A stretch of DNA of 64,000 bases, taken from positions 21,762,001 through 21,826,000 of the forward strand of contig OX597818.1 in NCBI GenBank assembly GCA_951406725.2, in the 5' to 3' direction. The position numbers and the translations under genes are program-made. The notes beneath the pieces are model-generated. The model worked only from the letters and a program-made list of their open reading frames with translations, ran no database searches and was not told where the DNA came from. Below, piece after piece: positions 12,534-26,303 of the stretch (its first letter is position 1; every line of letters starts with the position of its first letter). This stretch comes from Octopus vulgaris. Its lineage: Eukaryota.

Positions 12534-12821
12534 GATTAATTATAATATTTAAAGGAAATTGTTTAAAAGAATTTCTTTGATAATATATTAATTTTAGGCA
12601 AATAATTTATTTTATCTGATAAAATTTAATACAAATTATGTGTATAGTGTATAATAACACATAATGTTATAAACAAAACAAAAAGAAAAACAAGGAAAAT
12701 TAGTTTCAATTGTTTAAAGCTCTGAGTTTGTAAGGAAAAATATAGTTAGGGGAAAGGTATTATCACCTAACTCCTAGTATATTACTAGTAAAGCACTTTA
12801 TCAATTCTATTTCCCAATAAT

Positions 12822-13010
12822 TTTCTAATTTTTGCACAAAGTGAGTGATTTTAGGGGAAGAGTAAATCAATTACATTGACCCTAGTGCACTGCTGGTACT
12901 TATTTTATCAACCCCAGAAGGGTGAAAGGCAAAATCACTCTCATCAGAATTTGAACTCAGAATATAAAGAATTGGAAGAAATACTACTAAACATTCTGAC
13001 AGCTCACTGG
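12822..13010 (-). mobile_element. SINE family A
   Basis: TTTTGCACAA..ATTACATTGACCC..CTGGTACTTATTTTATCAACCCC..GAAAGGCAAA..GAATTTGAACTCAGAA. Confidence 0.75.
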
Positions 13011-15125
13011 TTCCTGTCTTCTCATAATTAATAACAATAAATATTGTTTAACACAAGTGCTTCATCTGTATTCTTATTGGGCAGTTTTACCAACATTTCC
13101 ATCTTCCGGAAAGATTGCAAAAAATTACTAGATATCTAATAACGTGTAGCATGTAAATGTAAGTTATACATATTGTAATAATTTAGAACAACAGCACAAG
13201 TATTATTTGATTTAGATGATGAAACATTAAGATTGAAATTAGAATTGATATTAGAACTGCAAAGTAGAAATGCAGAATCTGTCAGCTGATACTCTGCAAA
13301 AATCTTCTAAGTTGTTGCTATGCCCCAGATGAGCTCTGATTGAGGCCTTTCTTCTTAAGGCATATAAAACTAGAACTATTTTGTCCAATGTGTCCCCAGA
13401 GATATGGTTGCTGTTTTTCGTTATTGAGTTACTATGTGGTTGCTTTTCTTGATATTCTGTAAGTTGTTGAGATTTGAGGAGTGACATGATTATGTGACTT
13501 GGTAAATGATAATTATAAGAATTGCATTCTTTCCTACATGTATAATCAAAACAAAATATTACTATACAATGCAAACAGCAAAATTTAAAATAATATTATA
13601 CAAATAAACACCCATAAAGTTGAACAAAGAAGAAAGCCCAATACCTTTTTTAAATCTTGCTAGGAGCAGCTAAATATTCTCCAAATCACACCTTTTTAAA
13701 AATGGAACGTCAAACTGGATAGTATAATTCTCAAAAGAAAGAAAATCATTACTGAAATGTATTTTGATCATAGACCTGCTCAGTCAAGGTAGGCTTGAGC
13801 TAAATATCAACACACTTAAAATAGGATAATTGTGTAGCTATATGTATAAGTATGTATGTAGAAATATATGTGAAGATCAGTACAGGTGTAATGTGTGTGT
13901 GTTAAAATTTTAAGCCCTATGACTTATGTTATACTGCTAATTGTCATGAAAGGACACAGTTTACAGATTGGTGTGTTTTCTCACACATTGTCTTCCAAGA
14001 CAGTTATAGCAAAGATCTTTCCATGTTTGAGTGTACATGAACTTGATAAATGTAAATTGTTCATAGCTTTAAAAAAAAAACTGTTAAGAAAATAATTGTG
14101 GAATGAATTCAGCTATTCTTTTAACTTTGCTAATTTAATCACTATATTATGATTAATGGTAATTTACTTTGCATAGCAGGACAATTACACTCCATTTACA
14201 AATATTACTATATACACTCATGTCCAACTTAACAAGGTGCTTTGCTTCATTCAGTATTCATCATGAGATATAAACCTATGAATCAAATAAAGAAATAATT
14301 AATACTTAAAATCTTCATAAAATGCTATTAGTCATAATGAACTAACCTGGGACAAAAAAGAGAACTTGGCTCACTTTATTAGGCATGCAGCACTAGCAAA
14401 GACCCAGTCTTCATTGACTCAGTAATACCAAACATCATAAAAAGAAAAAAAAGGACGTAATTAAATATAATAATTTTTTTCTCCTAAGTTACTTTTAAAA
14501 CATTTTTTCATTGGTATTAACAGTAAAAGAAAGGTAAACAAATTGTTAATAATACTTAGTACTCAGTTATTTTTTTTTATATCTTTTGCTTTGTAGCCAT
14601 TCTTATCATCAACTGCCTGATTTGGATGCTGTTTTTTATCTGCTGTTTGCTTAGCTTGGTGACATGGAAGCTTTTGTTTTATTTCCACCATGTGCTTTTC
14701 TTTCCGATTGTTTTTTTGTTTTTTTATATTATGTATATTTATTTTGTAGTTTTTAAAAAAACATTGTCTATTATTATTATTGCTGATGTTGTTGCTATTG
14801 TCATTTTTCATTCCTTCCTCAAGCAAAGTATTATTGATTAAAGTGTATATAGTATTATGTAAGCGTAGCATGTGTGTATGAGACAGAAAGTAAAATAGCA
14901 TCATGTAGATGGTATTAGATGAACTATGTGATATAGAGGAATTCAGATTTTCTGTATCAGTTTAGATGTATACGAATTTAGAACACTATTCCATATTGCT
15001 TTAGGTCACCTAACTATTGGGAAAAGGTTAATGTGATTGATCACTCATTGATAAATACTTGTTATCTCAAAGAATCAAGTAGCTAATTTTGTTTATTCTT
15101 ATCTGTGCATAGGATAAATAAATAT

Positions 15126-15305
15126 TGGTTTAAAATTTTGGCACAATGCCAGCAATTTCAAGGGAGAGGTAAGTTAATTACATCAACCCCAATGGTCAAC
15201 TGGTCAGTTTTATTGACACTGAAAGGATGAAAGGCAGAGTTGACCTTAGTGGAATTTGAACTAAGCATTTTGCAAGGTATGCTACTGGTTCTGTTAGCTT
15301 GCTGT
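15126..15305 (-). mobile_element. SINE family A
   Basis: Family motifs present; flanked by a GGATAAATAA direct repeat (probable TSD). Confidence 0.75.
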
Positions 15306-16979
15306 CTTTGGATAAATAATTGTTAATATATTTTATGTGTGTGTGTGTTCTGATTTGTTCACATCTCCGCCCAGTGTTTTTATTCACATATAGTTTTTAC
15401 ATAAACATCTTTGAGCCATGGAGAGAACCTCTATGTGGTTGCTCAACCTTTTAGAAATAGTAGTTAAACATCCCTCAAATCAAACTCTGTTTTGAATAAG
15501 GAAATGATACATGACCTACTGTAGTCCTGCATACCCTTTCAATAACAGTTTGATTAAAGGCTTGTTGGATGTCAGAGTTGATTTGAAGCTCATCAACAAT
15601 GCACAGCTTTTGCTTCTTCAGGTTTTGCAACATTTTGTATTTTTTTACAATGATGGATGTTTCACCTAAACCCTGTACTTTCCTTATCTCAAAAGAAGGA
15701 AACATATTCCCATGGGCAAAGTTAAATTCAGCACTGCAAGTGAACAAAATACACCATTTTTCTAAATGTTGCCATTGCTTCTAGGAGTGATCTATGGCAA
15801 CAAAAAAAGATTTGACTATTGAGAGTTATGTTTCTTAAACACAGATGCAGAGTGATACAGGTAGCAGAATATGAATCGCTGGCCTCTTGGTAGATTGTTG
15901 TTGTTGCTTAACTTTCAAATTGTCCTTTATTGAGCAGACCTATGATAAAAAAAATTGTTCCAGTCATGACTACCTCATCTTTTTTTTTTGTCAGGAATAT
16001 TGTTCTCTGGATTATGTTATCTAATGTATAATTTTTTTTTAAATGGCAGGACATGGTTTGCAGTAGATTTGGTTGATATTTTATGTGGCACTGTATTGAA
16101 TTAATTATTTTCTCTGTCTCTCTTTATTGCTCTCTATCTCTCTCTCTCTTTCCTAGATAATATCACTTTCAGCATTATATACTACACCTGAAAGAATACA
16201 TCAACTCTGCCCTTACCTTAGCATCCCACCTGCAATTCTTGAATTTGAGCTACCTGCACACTGAAGGGGATTCTGTCTTTCCAAAGCTGTGGTATATAGA
16301 TCACTACTCATTCCATCAGATGATAATCAAAGAAATATTACATGGATTACCAGCAATGACTTTTAGGGATGGTTTTATTAACATCTGCACTTCTTCAGGT
16401 CTACTTACAGGGTCAAAACTCCACTTCCCTGTCTTATTTCATTTGGAAGCTTTAGAGACCAAATGTGTGACTGATCCACTATACTTATAAAATTTCTGAC
16501 ATAGTCCCTTCCTACACCATTAGTGGAGGTCATGCTTCTCTGAGAAACTGCATATCCTGAAGTCATCTCCCCTTACTGTTATAGATGAGGATTTCTCTCA
16601 GACCAGGTTCAACTGACTCAAGAAAAACACTCAGGAACAATTGAAGATTTAACCCCCTTTCAAATGAAAGTAAATCTTGATAGATTTGCTTCCTCTACAT
16701 CCTAGTAATACCTAATGTTCAAATAGTGTCTTGCAGTAATTCAAGCTAGCAATCTACAATAATTTTCATTGTGTGATCTGACTTGACCAGTGGAAACCAA
16801 GCTTACCAACTAGCACTAAGGATCCACCTGCTGACCAAATGTAGCTAAGGCTTCACTTATTGTGAACATTTGATCAATTAAACACACTCTTATGTGTATA
16901 TACATATATATAATAAGATACTCTTGTTTTGAGTTGCTATTAAATAAAAACTTTTGTTTTTTGCTTCTTGTTTTTCTAG

Positions 16980-17173
16980 CTGGAGAAATTCCTAAAGGTG
17001 CTATGTATTTAGGTACAAAAGAAACAATTGAAGATGGTTTAAAACACACTGATGATTATTATGGTGTTCCCGTTGAAGAAAAAACCTCTAAAAAGAAAGT
17101 TATTGAACAGAAGAAGAAATATGAGGGCATTGGTCCTCTAGACAATCAGGGAATTCCATTAGCATTTCGTATG
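16980..17173 (+). CDS. SORBS/CAP: CAP/SORBS exon encoding the N-terminal half of the SoHo (sorbin homology) domain
   Basis: Acceptor TTTTTCTAG, donor ATG|GTGAGT, phase 1 to 0. Peptide AGEIPKGAMYLG...KKKYEGIGPLDNQGIPLAFRM matches the SoHo consensus YxGIGPxDxxGIP. Confidence 0.93.
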
Positions 17174-18299
17174 GTGAGTTAAATTTTTTTTTTAATTAAA
17201 AAATACAACCAACCTATAAAATGCATGTTAGTTTTCTCAGTACATTTTCATCTTCAGAGAATACCTAAAATTAAGTACCAGGTATATGCTAGAGCTCATT
17301 ATATTAACAACATGTCTTTTTAGAAATGTATGTCTGTTTTTTTGGGGTTTTTTCCATTGCCTAGTTTAAGCCTACCACCTGGCTCTTGGATGCTTTTAGA
17401 GGTGTTTAGTCTGCTGCAAGCATTTGGACTAGGTCTTTTATCTAAAGATAATTTCTTCCATTCCCACCAGACATGGATCCTCTAAAAAAGGCAGCATCAT
17501 AAGTGTTGCATTTTCTCCTGATTAAAGTATTTTTTAAAAAAAGTTACAAATTAAGATGCAATTTATATTGAAACAAATGTAATGAATATAATCAGCTGCT
17601 TGACTTTTACTTAAAATTATCCATCAAAGGGCAATGAGACTGAATGACTTAGCAGGAAGAAACATTTCCCTTCACTTCAGCATTGCAAAGTATCTTTGCC
17701 TTTGTCCTTAACATCAATCTAGTATCTTTTATGGTAATAGAAATTGATCCTAGTATTTGACTAGTACTTAAATTTTATCAGTCCTGACAGACTTAAAGGC
17801 TAAGTTTACATCTTCATATATGATCTGAATTTAGAATGTGAAAGGCTATAACAAGATATTGCAAAACAATTTGTTTCACGTTCTAACAATTCTTACCAGC
17901 ATACCTTCCTGAGTCAGTGAAAAAAATCATTAGTTGTGTGATGACCTCACTATGGCATCATCTGTTTACAGCTAAGTGAACAGTGGCAAAAAGGTTAATT
18001 GTTTTAGTTATAGGCATAGCAAATAACTTGTGACAGGTTGAAAAATTAACTTTAGTGTTTAGCTACTTGCTTCTACAAAATCATCAACTCTCATTCTTAT
18101 CAACTCTGTCATCTTACTCAAATATAAAAGGAAATACTTGTATGCATTGAACTTGATATCTATATTTCTGTTATTAGTATTCCAGTACTATATCGACTTA
18201 CTCATTTCTAGTTTACCTTGTCAACAGTCTATGGATAAACAGACTTGATACTTAACTAATAAAGTCTAACTCAGAATTTATCTATCAGATGTAATATGC

Positions 18300-18595
18300 A
18301 AATTTGGTACTTTGTTAATAAAGTTAGCTATCAAAATAACTTAGAAATTTGGTATTAAGTATGAAATTCTGTGTTTTACTATGAAACATGGTACTTAGCT
18401 ATTAAACCCAGTACTTAGTTATCACACTCTGTACTTAGCTATTCAGCCAATAATCTCAGTACATATCTAACAAACTTCAACTTGGTATTCTGCTAATAAT
18501 CTCAGTAGTTATCTAACAAAACCTGGTATTTAGCTAAGAAATTGGTATTTACTATGAAACTTAGTATTTAACTATAAAACTACTACTTAACTAGA
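18300..18595. repeat. Degenerate ~20-bp minisatellite (consensus approx. GTACTTAGCTATTAAACxxx)
   Basis: Consecutive units GTACTTAGCTATTAAACCCA / GTACTTAGTTATCACACTCT / GTACTTAGCTATTCAGCCAA, with more diverged copies on both sides. Confidence 0.7.
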
Positions 18596-19184
18596 TTGTT
18601 TGGTTCATGAGTGCTTGGATTTCTAGAATTTTATGTATAACTATTTAAAATACTGTACTGTTATTTAATTTTGCTCTTCTGCATTCTATGTTCAAATTTC
18701 AATGGTCTCTGCTGTGCTTTTCATCTCTTCTGGACTCATGAAGAAATAAGATGGTTTTTAGTCCAGGTTCCCTTACATCCACGATAAAAAAAAAAATTGT
18801 CTTGGCGATCTGATTTTTTTCAGATATATTGTCTTTTTCCCACCCACCCCATCCACTTGTCAGTTGCATACAATCATGACTACCTTCATAGTTAGTCAAC
18901 CCTATATGCCAAGTAATTTTTTGAAGGTGTGAGTGTATGTAACCCTGAAGGCTACTTCCAGATGATTCTTCTCCCTTTTTCTAAGCATTGCTGACTTTAA
19001 CAAGTTACTAATAACACTCTTTCAAGAAGTCACAATTGTTTGTCTCTCTGTGGCAAGAACAGGTCAAGATAAGTGTGTGTTGTGATCCATGCACTGGCTG
19101 GTCAAAAGATGCTGAGGATTCCAAACAAATATTCACATCCTCAATGTTGCTTTTTGACATGGTTCATTTTTAGGCTTTTCTCCA

Positions 19185-19404
19185 TTAACCCTTTAGTATT
19201 CACATTACTCTATCAAGTGTAATACTTATTTATTCACATTGTTTTGAATTAATCACACATGATCTTGAAATTTTGAGGATATGACCATTTATTTTTAGAA
19301 TGATGTTGTAGGATAAGAGCGAGAGGCCTGATCTAGTCAGTTTAAACATAAAATAGGTAGAATATGCTGGCTGGATATGGATGGTTTAAATGCTAAAGGG
19401 TTAA
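19185..19404. mobile_element. piggyBac-type MITE (212 bp) with TTAA target-site duplication
   Basis: TTAA|CCCTTTAGTATT ... AATGCTAAAGGG|TTAA; TIRs match at 11/12. Confidence 0.85.
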
Positions 19405-20365
19405 TCCTCAATGCTAAAGTTAGATGGAAATAATCTGAGGGAGGTTTGGCTGCTATTTGTAATAGGTTCACAATCATATTGAAATTCTGTCATTGGCTCA
19501 GTTTAGGCAAAGTATATTTAGCTAGTAGATAATGTAAAGCATTTAGCTTAGTCTGCTACTCTATCAGTTATGTCTGTCATCTTAATTAGTAACAGTAATC
19601 ATGATATTGATGGCCACATCATTTATAGATGAGAAGAATGAAGTGTAAGTGGCTTTAATCTATGGAATCAAAAACAGTTATAGACTTGGTTAACTGCAGG
19701 CTTAACCTTTTTTATACATGCCATATGTCTTTATTTTGTTTATTAGTATTATATTGTTCTGATTTGTAACTCCAGTTATCTATCATTTGCCTTCTGTCAT
19801 ATTAAGTTGTTGTTGTTATCATTAAGCAACAACCAACTCTCATCTCATTTGTTACAACAAGCCAAGGCTGTTGTTGCTATAGTTGGCAAGGCAAAACAGA
19901 TATCATCCAATATTAGATTGCACTAAATTGGTAATCAAGAATATTTTGACAAGACTTTGTCCATGTTTTGTCAGAGAGCTTTCTGTCTTTAAATTAAGGT
20001 CAGATAATCATGCAGAGCAGATTGGTTCAACTTTGACAGTAGTGAATGGCTTTATCTTCTAACCTGAAATACTAGTAACTTAATCCTTAGAGATAGTTTT
20101 AAATTGATGAGAGTCAACATCATCATCAGCATTCTCTCATTTCCTGCTCTTTTTAATGTTAATTTGGGTTAGATCACCTTAAAGGCTTGCATTTAGAATA
20201 GTTGTACACCATAATTTTCTCAAGTCTAGTACTTGATTTTATTTCCTTGAGCTATTTCACTTAACTCACATTTTATCCTTTGCAAAGCTCAGCACAGAAG
20301 AGTAATGAAAAAGTTTGAAACACAAAATTGATGGTAAAACACTAACTGTAAATAGTACTGAAAGT

Positions 20366-20600
20366 ATTACTTTGTATGTTGCAATGAGGGGCAAGGTGTA
20401 GTATTAAGCTTTTTGCAATTGTTACCATGTGCATGTAAGCAAAAGCAGGATATTGCAGTCACTCGTCTGTGTGTTTGCAAAATTACTAGGAAAAGGCTGA
20501 ATGGATTTTCACCAAATTTGGCACAGAAATACTCATTGGGTGAGTGGCTCAAACTCATTAAATTTTGGTTTTGGTAGATGGGTGAATCAAATTTTTTTTT
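20366..20600. mobile_element. Probable non-autonomous Helitron/Helentron-type fragment
   Basis: Motif GGCTGAATGGATTTTCACCAAATTTGGCACA with an upstream TCTGTGTG microsatellite, resembling invertebrate HINE/DINE-like repeats; ends not resolved. Confidence 0.35.
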
Positions 20601-21240
20601 TTTTGTTACATATGCATAAATGATAAGCATGCCTTATTTTTTTCCATTAACTTATGGTTTTAAAAATTTCATTAGGATACATCCTTCCAAAAGTAATTCC
20701 CAATATTTTTATTTGTCTGTATTCTGGTAGGTGTTTAAGTGACTTTAGTAATGAGTCTTATGTTCTTTAGTTATATATGGTAGGTAAATGTTATTAGCCA
20801 TATAAAACTTGTTACATTTACTCTATTCAGTAGAGCAGTGTGTAGATTTTTAAATATTTGTAATCACTTCTAATCCAGTAGCAGCCTTTTTTAATGCATT
20901 TTGACCAAATCAGATATCCATTACATTGGAAGATAATTTCTTAGGGAAGTTCCTTAATGGGCATTAGTCCCCTTGTTTTTAAGTTCTAATCTCAGTGGTT
21001 ACATGTTGAATTGATCTATTATTCTGGGGAGGGGAGTTTTCATTTTCTTAATCTTCTTTAATATTGCCTTTTCTACAAGAAATCTGCAATTGTTCCTAGA
21101 TGATCCAATAAGTGTTATTGGACATTTATCACTTCAAAAGGACCTGTTAAATTTATTTGATGTTTTTATAAATGTAATCAATGTTTGATAATTCTTCAAA
21201 GTGAAAATTTTAGAAATGCAGAGGTTTTACTTATCTATTT

Positions 21241-21818
21241 TTAACCCTATGACAATGGGTTTTTATTAGGCAACTATGTTGCACTGATGGTAATCATCTC
21301 AGCCAAGATCAGCAATTAGCACATGACAATGGTTTGGCATATATTTACGTCAACTGCTTTAAAGCTTGCACTGTTTATTTATGTAAACTGTCATCACTGC
21401 AAGGACTATAAATTCAATGAAACTGGCATAGCTGGATGCAACTGTAAATTCCATGAAGCACCAGAAGAATTTGCTGAATGTGTACGAATTTGATAGGCGG
21501 TCATAGTGGAAATAGTGGTGTAACTGCCAAAACTGCTGTTTTTATACTATTATGGTGATGAAGTCTTGAACTGAGTTGGAAATAAATACATGAAGATTCA
21601 AATAAACCTATTAGATTCCTTGAAATTTGCACAGTGGCCTCTATTATCGATTCTGTGAGTGATAGTGGATATTTATATCAACAGGTACACAAACACATAC
21701 AAAACCACAGCAGATAGGGCTGCATATATTTACATTCGCTGTGTACTCATTTCGAATCAGATGACGAAGTGAGTACACAACAAACGTAAATTTATGTCAA
21801 CCAATGTTATTGGGTTAA
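21241..21818. mobile_element. piggyBac-type non-autonomous element
   Basis: TTAA|CCCTATGACAATGG ... CCAATGTTATTGGG|TTAA; sub-terminal GCATATATTTAC repeats, inverted at the right end (GTAAATTTATGTCA). Confidence 0.7.
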
Positions 21819-22039
21819 AATATATTTTTGTCATTCTTCATGAACTACGATTCTTAAAAAACACATACTCTGTATAACAACCATTTCAAACAGCTATCAT
21901 TTAGACATAAACTCAACATTGCAGTCAGGACTAGCTATTGAGCTAGTGAAAGATGCACAGGTATTGTTTGGTGTTGGAACAGCTATTAAATGAAATTCAT
22001 GACCAACTTAGAGAGGTTGTTAGAAATAATAGTTTGTTA

Positions 22040-22500
22040 TTCTGGTGGTATAACTAATAAGTGTACCTATACTGAAAGTATACAACTTCAGTAAGAAAAG
22101 AGTGGAAGAAGTTCAGGAAGATGTAATCTCTTTGCAAACAACTATTTCTGTCTCTGTACGAATAGGAGGCTGCATGAAGCATGCATGTAAAATGCAGTGT
22201 TGCACAGTTATCATCATGTGTATTGAATGTAGAAGATCTGCAGAGGCTGTGAGAGAATGAGATGTGTCATCATTTAAATATGTATGTTAGCTTGCATCAA
22301 AGGTGGATGGACATTAAAAAATCAGAGGAAGATCAAAGACTGTGAAAAAAGTGAAGTTAGATTCAGGATGTTGATTCACATACACAAACTACACAGTAAA
22401 AAATTGAGTGGCAATTTGCTAATCAGTAGAGCTACATGACTCGGGTCAGCATGAAAAAGCGGATGCTAAATTATAACAAAAATGAAAGTGATGAATGATG
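22040..22500 (+). mobile_element. Highly degenerate RTE LINE 3' fragment
   Basis: Residual coding LHEACM.NAVLHS...LNVEDLQRL; ends AGCATGAAAAAGCGGATGCTAAA, like the RTE 3' end at 10881. Confidence 0.5.
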
Positions 22501-22691
22501 AACAAAACTCTTAAAATTTAAAAACTTGAAATTGAATAGATTAAAACTTCAGCAAGAAAACAAAGATAGATTTATGATATCCTGCATTTTAGTTTCTTTG
22601 AGTTTTTAGTTATTGTTTGCATGTTTGCTTATCAATTGCTAATATGTTATTGTTGACGCTAATGTTTAAATCTATTTGATTTTTTTTTCAG

Positions 22692-22767
22692 AATATTGAT
22701 GAGGAAAATCAACATGACTGGTACAAACAAATGTATAAAACACTCCACAGAGGAGAGAAACGTGATG
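22692..22767 (+). CDS. SORBS/CAP: CAP/SORBS exon encoding the C-terminal half of the SoHo domain
   Basis: Acceptor T-run+CAG, donor G|GTCAGT, phase 0 to 1. NIDEENQHDWYKQMYKTLHRGEKRD matches the SoHo DWYKxMF/YKxIH motif. Confidence 0.93.
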
Positions 22768-24656
22768 GTCAGTCAAAAATTATTTTATCTATAATTTATT
22801 GTGAAGAAATTTGTATTTATGTCCAAATTAAAACTGGAAATAAATTTAACTTCTTTGCATTCTTATAGATTATTTAAAGCTAACCCCTTTCATAAATCAT
22901 GAGGCTCTCTTTAAACAATTCACTTATTCAGCTTCTATAATATTAAAGTGGATGAGTGATAAAACCTTTACACAGACCACAGTAACTAATATACTTCACA
23001 CACACACACGCACACATGAGTGAACAATTCAAAGGAAGGCTCTTTCAACATACTTGGAGTTACATGTACTTGATAGCAGTATGACTTAGCTCCGCATGAC
23101 TTTTGGGCTCATGTTCTATGCACCCATCCCATCAATAGAGGATTTGAAGGAAATTCAAGATGCCTTGGTGTTTAAGTTTCTATTGGTCAGGTCATTTGGT
23201 AGTAATGCTATTATGGTGGTACCAGTACTTTTCATTATTTTTAGGTTCATGCAAACCCACACCTCTAACCCACAATCTAACAATATCCTATCAACTGCCC
23301 ACTGGGAGGATCCTATCTCTAGAACCATCCTCACATCACAAATTACTACATGGATATGACAGTCAATGATTTTAAGGGAAAGTATACACAACATATGCAC
23401 CCCTTCAGGTGGAGAAATAAGAGAAAAATTCCATCTCCCTGTCCTGCATTTTCTAGAGACTCTGTGATGATAAAATGACTTCCCCTAGCATCAAGTGAAG
23501 TATCCTTTATAGAGCCTCTCATTACTCACCTAGAGCTTGTAATTGGCAACCCTGCTTTCTCAAGAAACTATACATACTACACCAACCCACAGTGTTCATC
23601 AATAGAAAGAATGATGAATTATTTTATTGGTGCCACTAGAAGTATGAACTTCAAGCCTCTAGCTATTGACAACCCAGATATACCAACCTAGGTCCAGCTA
23701 ATGAACTCACACAAATGGGGTATTTAATCCCTGCTGTCGATATAGACTGCTCACCCATGCTGGTCATGCAACTTCAAATGTATTCTATCAAAATGGTTAC
23801 TCCTACATAAAGACTGCTGCTGCTAACGTGTTCAAATCCACTGAATGGTGACTGAGTTACTGACTCGCACCAACCTCTTGCCTTACCTTGTGTGATGTCC
23901 AATACTAGGAACTGATGTTGCTGAATATAGTATGATACAGTCCACCATCAAAGTGGTACCAGTGTTCTGCTAACATCCTATCTGAACAAATAACTGGTAT
24001 CACCATGATAGCATTAATACTACTTAACCCAAGTTGACCAATAGAGGCCTAAATATATAGAAGCTATTTTGAATTTCCTTCAAACTCTTCACCACCCACA
24101 AAAACACCAATATCACAGCAAAATTACATTCTTATCTGTAAAACTAGTTTTATCTTTAAAACTAGTTTCAAGCTCATTAAGTTCCGTTTAACATTTTTAT
24201 CAAGAGTATAATAGCTTCTAACTGTATAGAAAATGCTCATTAACTCATAAGTTGGTCAGCTAATTTGCATATTGTTGTCTAACAACAGTTAAGAATTATC
24301 TTTACATTCAGCAGCATGAAAAAACTAAATTAATCCCCTATTTTTCAGGCTGATATTTTCATTCATCAATAAAAAAAAAAAAGAAACAAAAAAGATAACC
24401 ATGACAATTATTCCTAATAGTAATTCTAAGATTAGTTGTTTTGGTTGCTGTTTTGTTAGCTTTTCAAAATCTCTGAAGAGTTAACAGAATTATTTATTAG
24501 AGATACTATTTCTTATATCTTGGATTTTCCTTTTTCAAATACAGTTGCTGTTTTGAATTCAGCACTTTTCTGATTTAATTTTCATTTATATATTTTGGGT
24601 TATCTTAGTCTGGAGATGGTGTACAGTACTCAGGTTTGTTAGCCTCCTTCTCTCTT

Positions 24657-24696
<40 letters not shown>

Positions 24697-26255
24697 ATTG
24701 AGAACAAGATAAACAAGAGAGGCTAATGTAGTAGATATTGCACTTGAATTGTATGCATGTGGTTGAAAATGGAATGTGGACTAGAAAAGAGTGCTTCAGG
24801 AGTACTGTTTTGTAGAAGGAGGAATGGAAAATATTCAATAGATGTAGGTGTGATAAACACTGAGGATCATGGAAAAGAATCAGATACATCAAATGGATTT
24901 AGGTAGGGCATATGTGAAATTGCTAAGTTTAGATAATCAGAGATAGTTGTATTAACAACAGAGAGAGAGAGAAGATATAGTTCAATAAAAGGCCAGAGGC
25001 CAGTGGTTGTATAGCATTACCTTTCTGACTTGGTGTATATGTGTAATACTTAGTCTTTGATATAAGACACATAAGGAATATCTCATATTTTGTTTAATAG
25101 AAAGAGAAGAAATCCACTTTTTATTTTCACTGTTTTAATTTCCTAAATGACACTTTGAAATATGCAGCTTACACATATCACCCATTGGTTTAAGTTAGTG
25201 GATCTTTGTAAGAAAAAAATAAAGATGGGGGGGGGGGGCGAAGTACATAGCATTTCTGAAAATATCAAATCAGAGTGTTTAAATTTGCAAATAAATAAAC
25301 AATGTAATGATACTTCAATTCAATGCTTTTAACCTTGCTGTTTTACATTCTCTTATAGATTATAATGTTACTGGTTCCAATTTTTTCATTTTCAGTCATT
25401 TTTTAATCTCTAATTTATTATGGTTTAATTGTGTCTATTTTGAAAGAATGTCATTCATTCTGAATTAATGTTCTATTATTAATATTTTATTATTTCTTCT
25501 TGCTGTGATAAATAACTTTGGCATTATGAAAACATTTGAATAAACTTGAATACAGTATTTAATAGAAACCATTTAGGATAACTATGGTAAAGATAACCAT
25601 CTGTGTCCTTTTGAAATTATTTTCAAAGATTTGTCTTTCATGATGGTTAACTGAGCAGAAGCATGTGCAGGATGTTGTTTTATCCTCTAAATAGTCTATG
25701 TTCTTTTATAGTTGTTTTCTTTCAGATTTATTTTTATATTTACGTATTTAGTCTTTCTATTAATAACTTTGAAAGGAATATATTTTCTTTCCTTATAACT
25801 TTTCAGAGTACACCATTAATCTTATTTGTTAATCACTAGCCACTTTGGTAATCTATATTCCTCTTTAAACATAATTTGTAATGATTTCATACTTTAAAAA
25901 AAGGCTATAATTTTGTAATTCTTAATGAATTTTGTCATACTGTTGGGGTTTTTTTTTTGTGTGTATGCTACACAAATTAAAATATTTTACCAATATTTAC
26001 ACCAAAACCTTCATTATCCCATAATCTTTATCATTCATTTCATTATAAATAAAAAGAAGGCATCAATAAAATGTCTTTGTGTATGCATATTTGTGTATAA
26101 TGTAAAACTAATTATGTTATTGAAAATATTTAATGAAAGTATCAATATTATTTTTAATCTTTTGGTTCTTTTATGATGTACTTGAAGTGACAATATTTTT
26201 CTGTGTATTTATTCATGATATTGTAAATGTTCTTTACATTAAATTTTACTTTCAG

Positions 26256-26303
26256 ATGTTCTTGGGATCAATGATCTCGTTGACTCAATCCTTCGTGAAG
26301 CAG
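26256..26303 (+). CDS. SORBS/CAP: 48-nt symmetric exon, (D)VLGINDLVDSILREA
   Basis: Acceptor TTTTACTTTCAG, donor CAG|GTGCAT, phase 1-1, open in frame with the upstream exon; contains two CpGs in a CpG-poor background. Confidence 0.7.

Noticed and set aside
14824-14858. Possible exon between a pyrimidine-rich AG and GTAAGC
   Set aside because: 35 nt long and contains TGA in the required phase; no support beyond the splice-like motifs.
16190-16830. GC-richer block upstream of the SoHo exon, faintly similar to 23300-23720
   Set aside because: No sustained frame or splice signals; probably an old repeat, but the family could not be supported by eye.
25726-25743. Possible 18-nt microexon after TTTTCTTTCAG
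   Set aside because: Weak donor (GTATTT) and low-complexity AT content.
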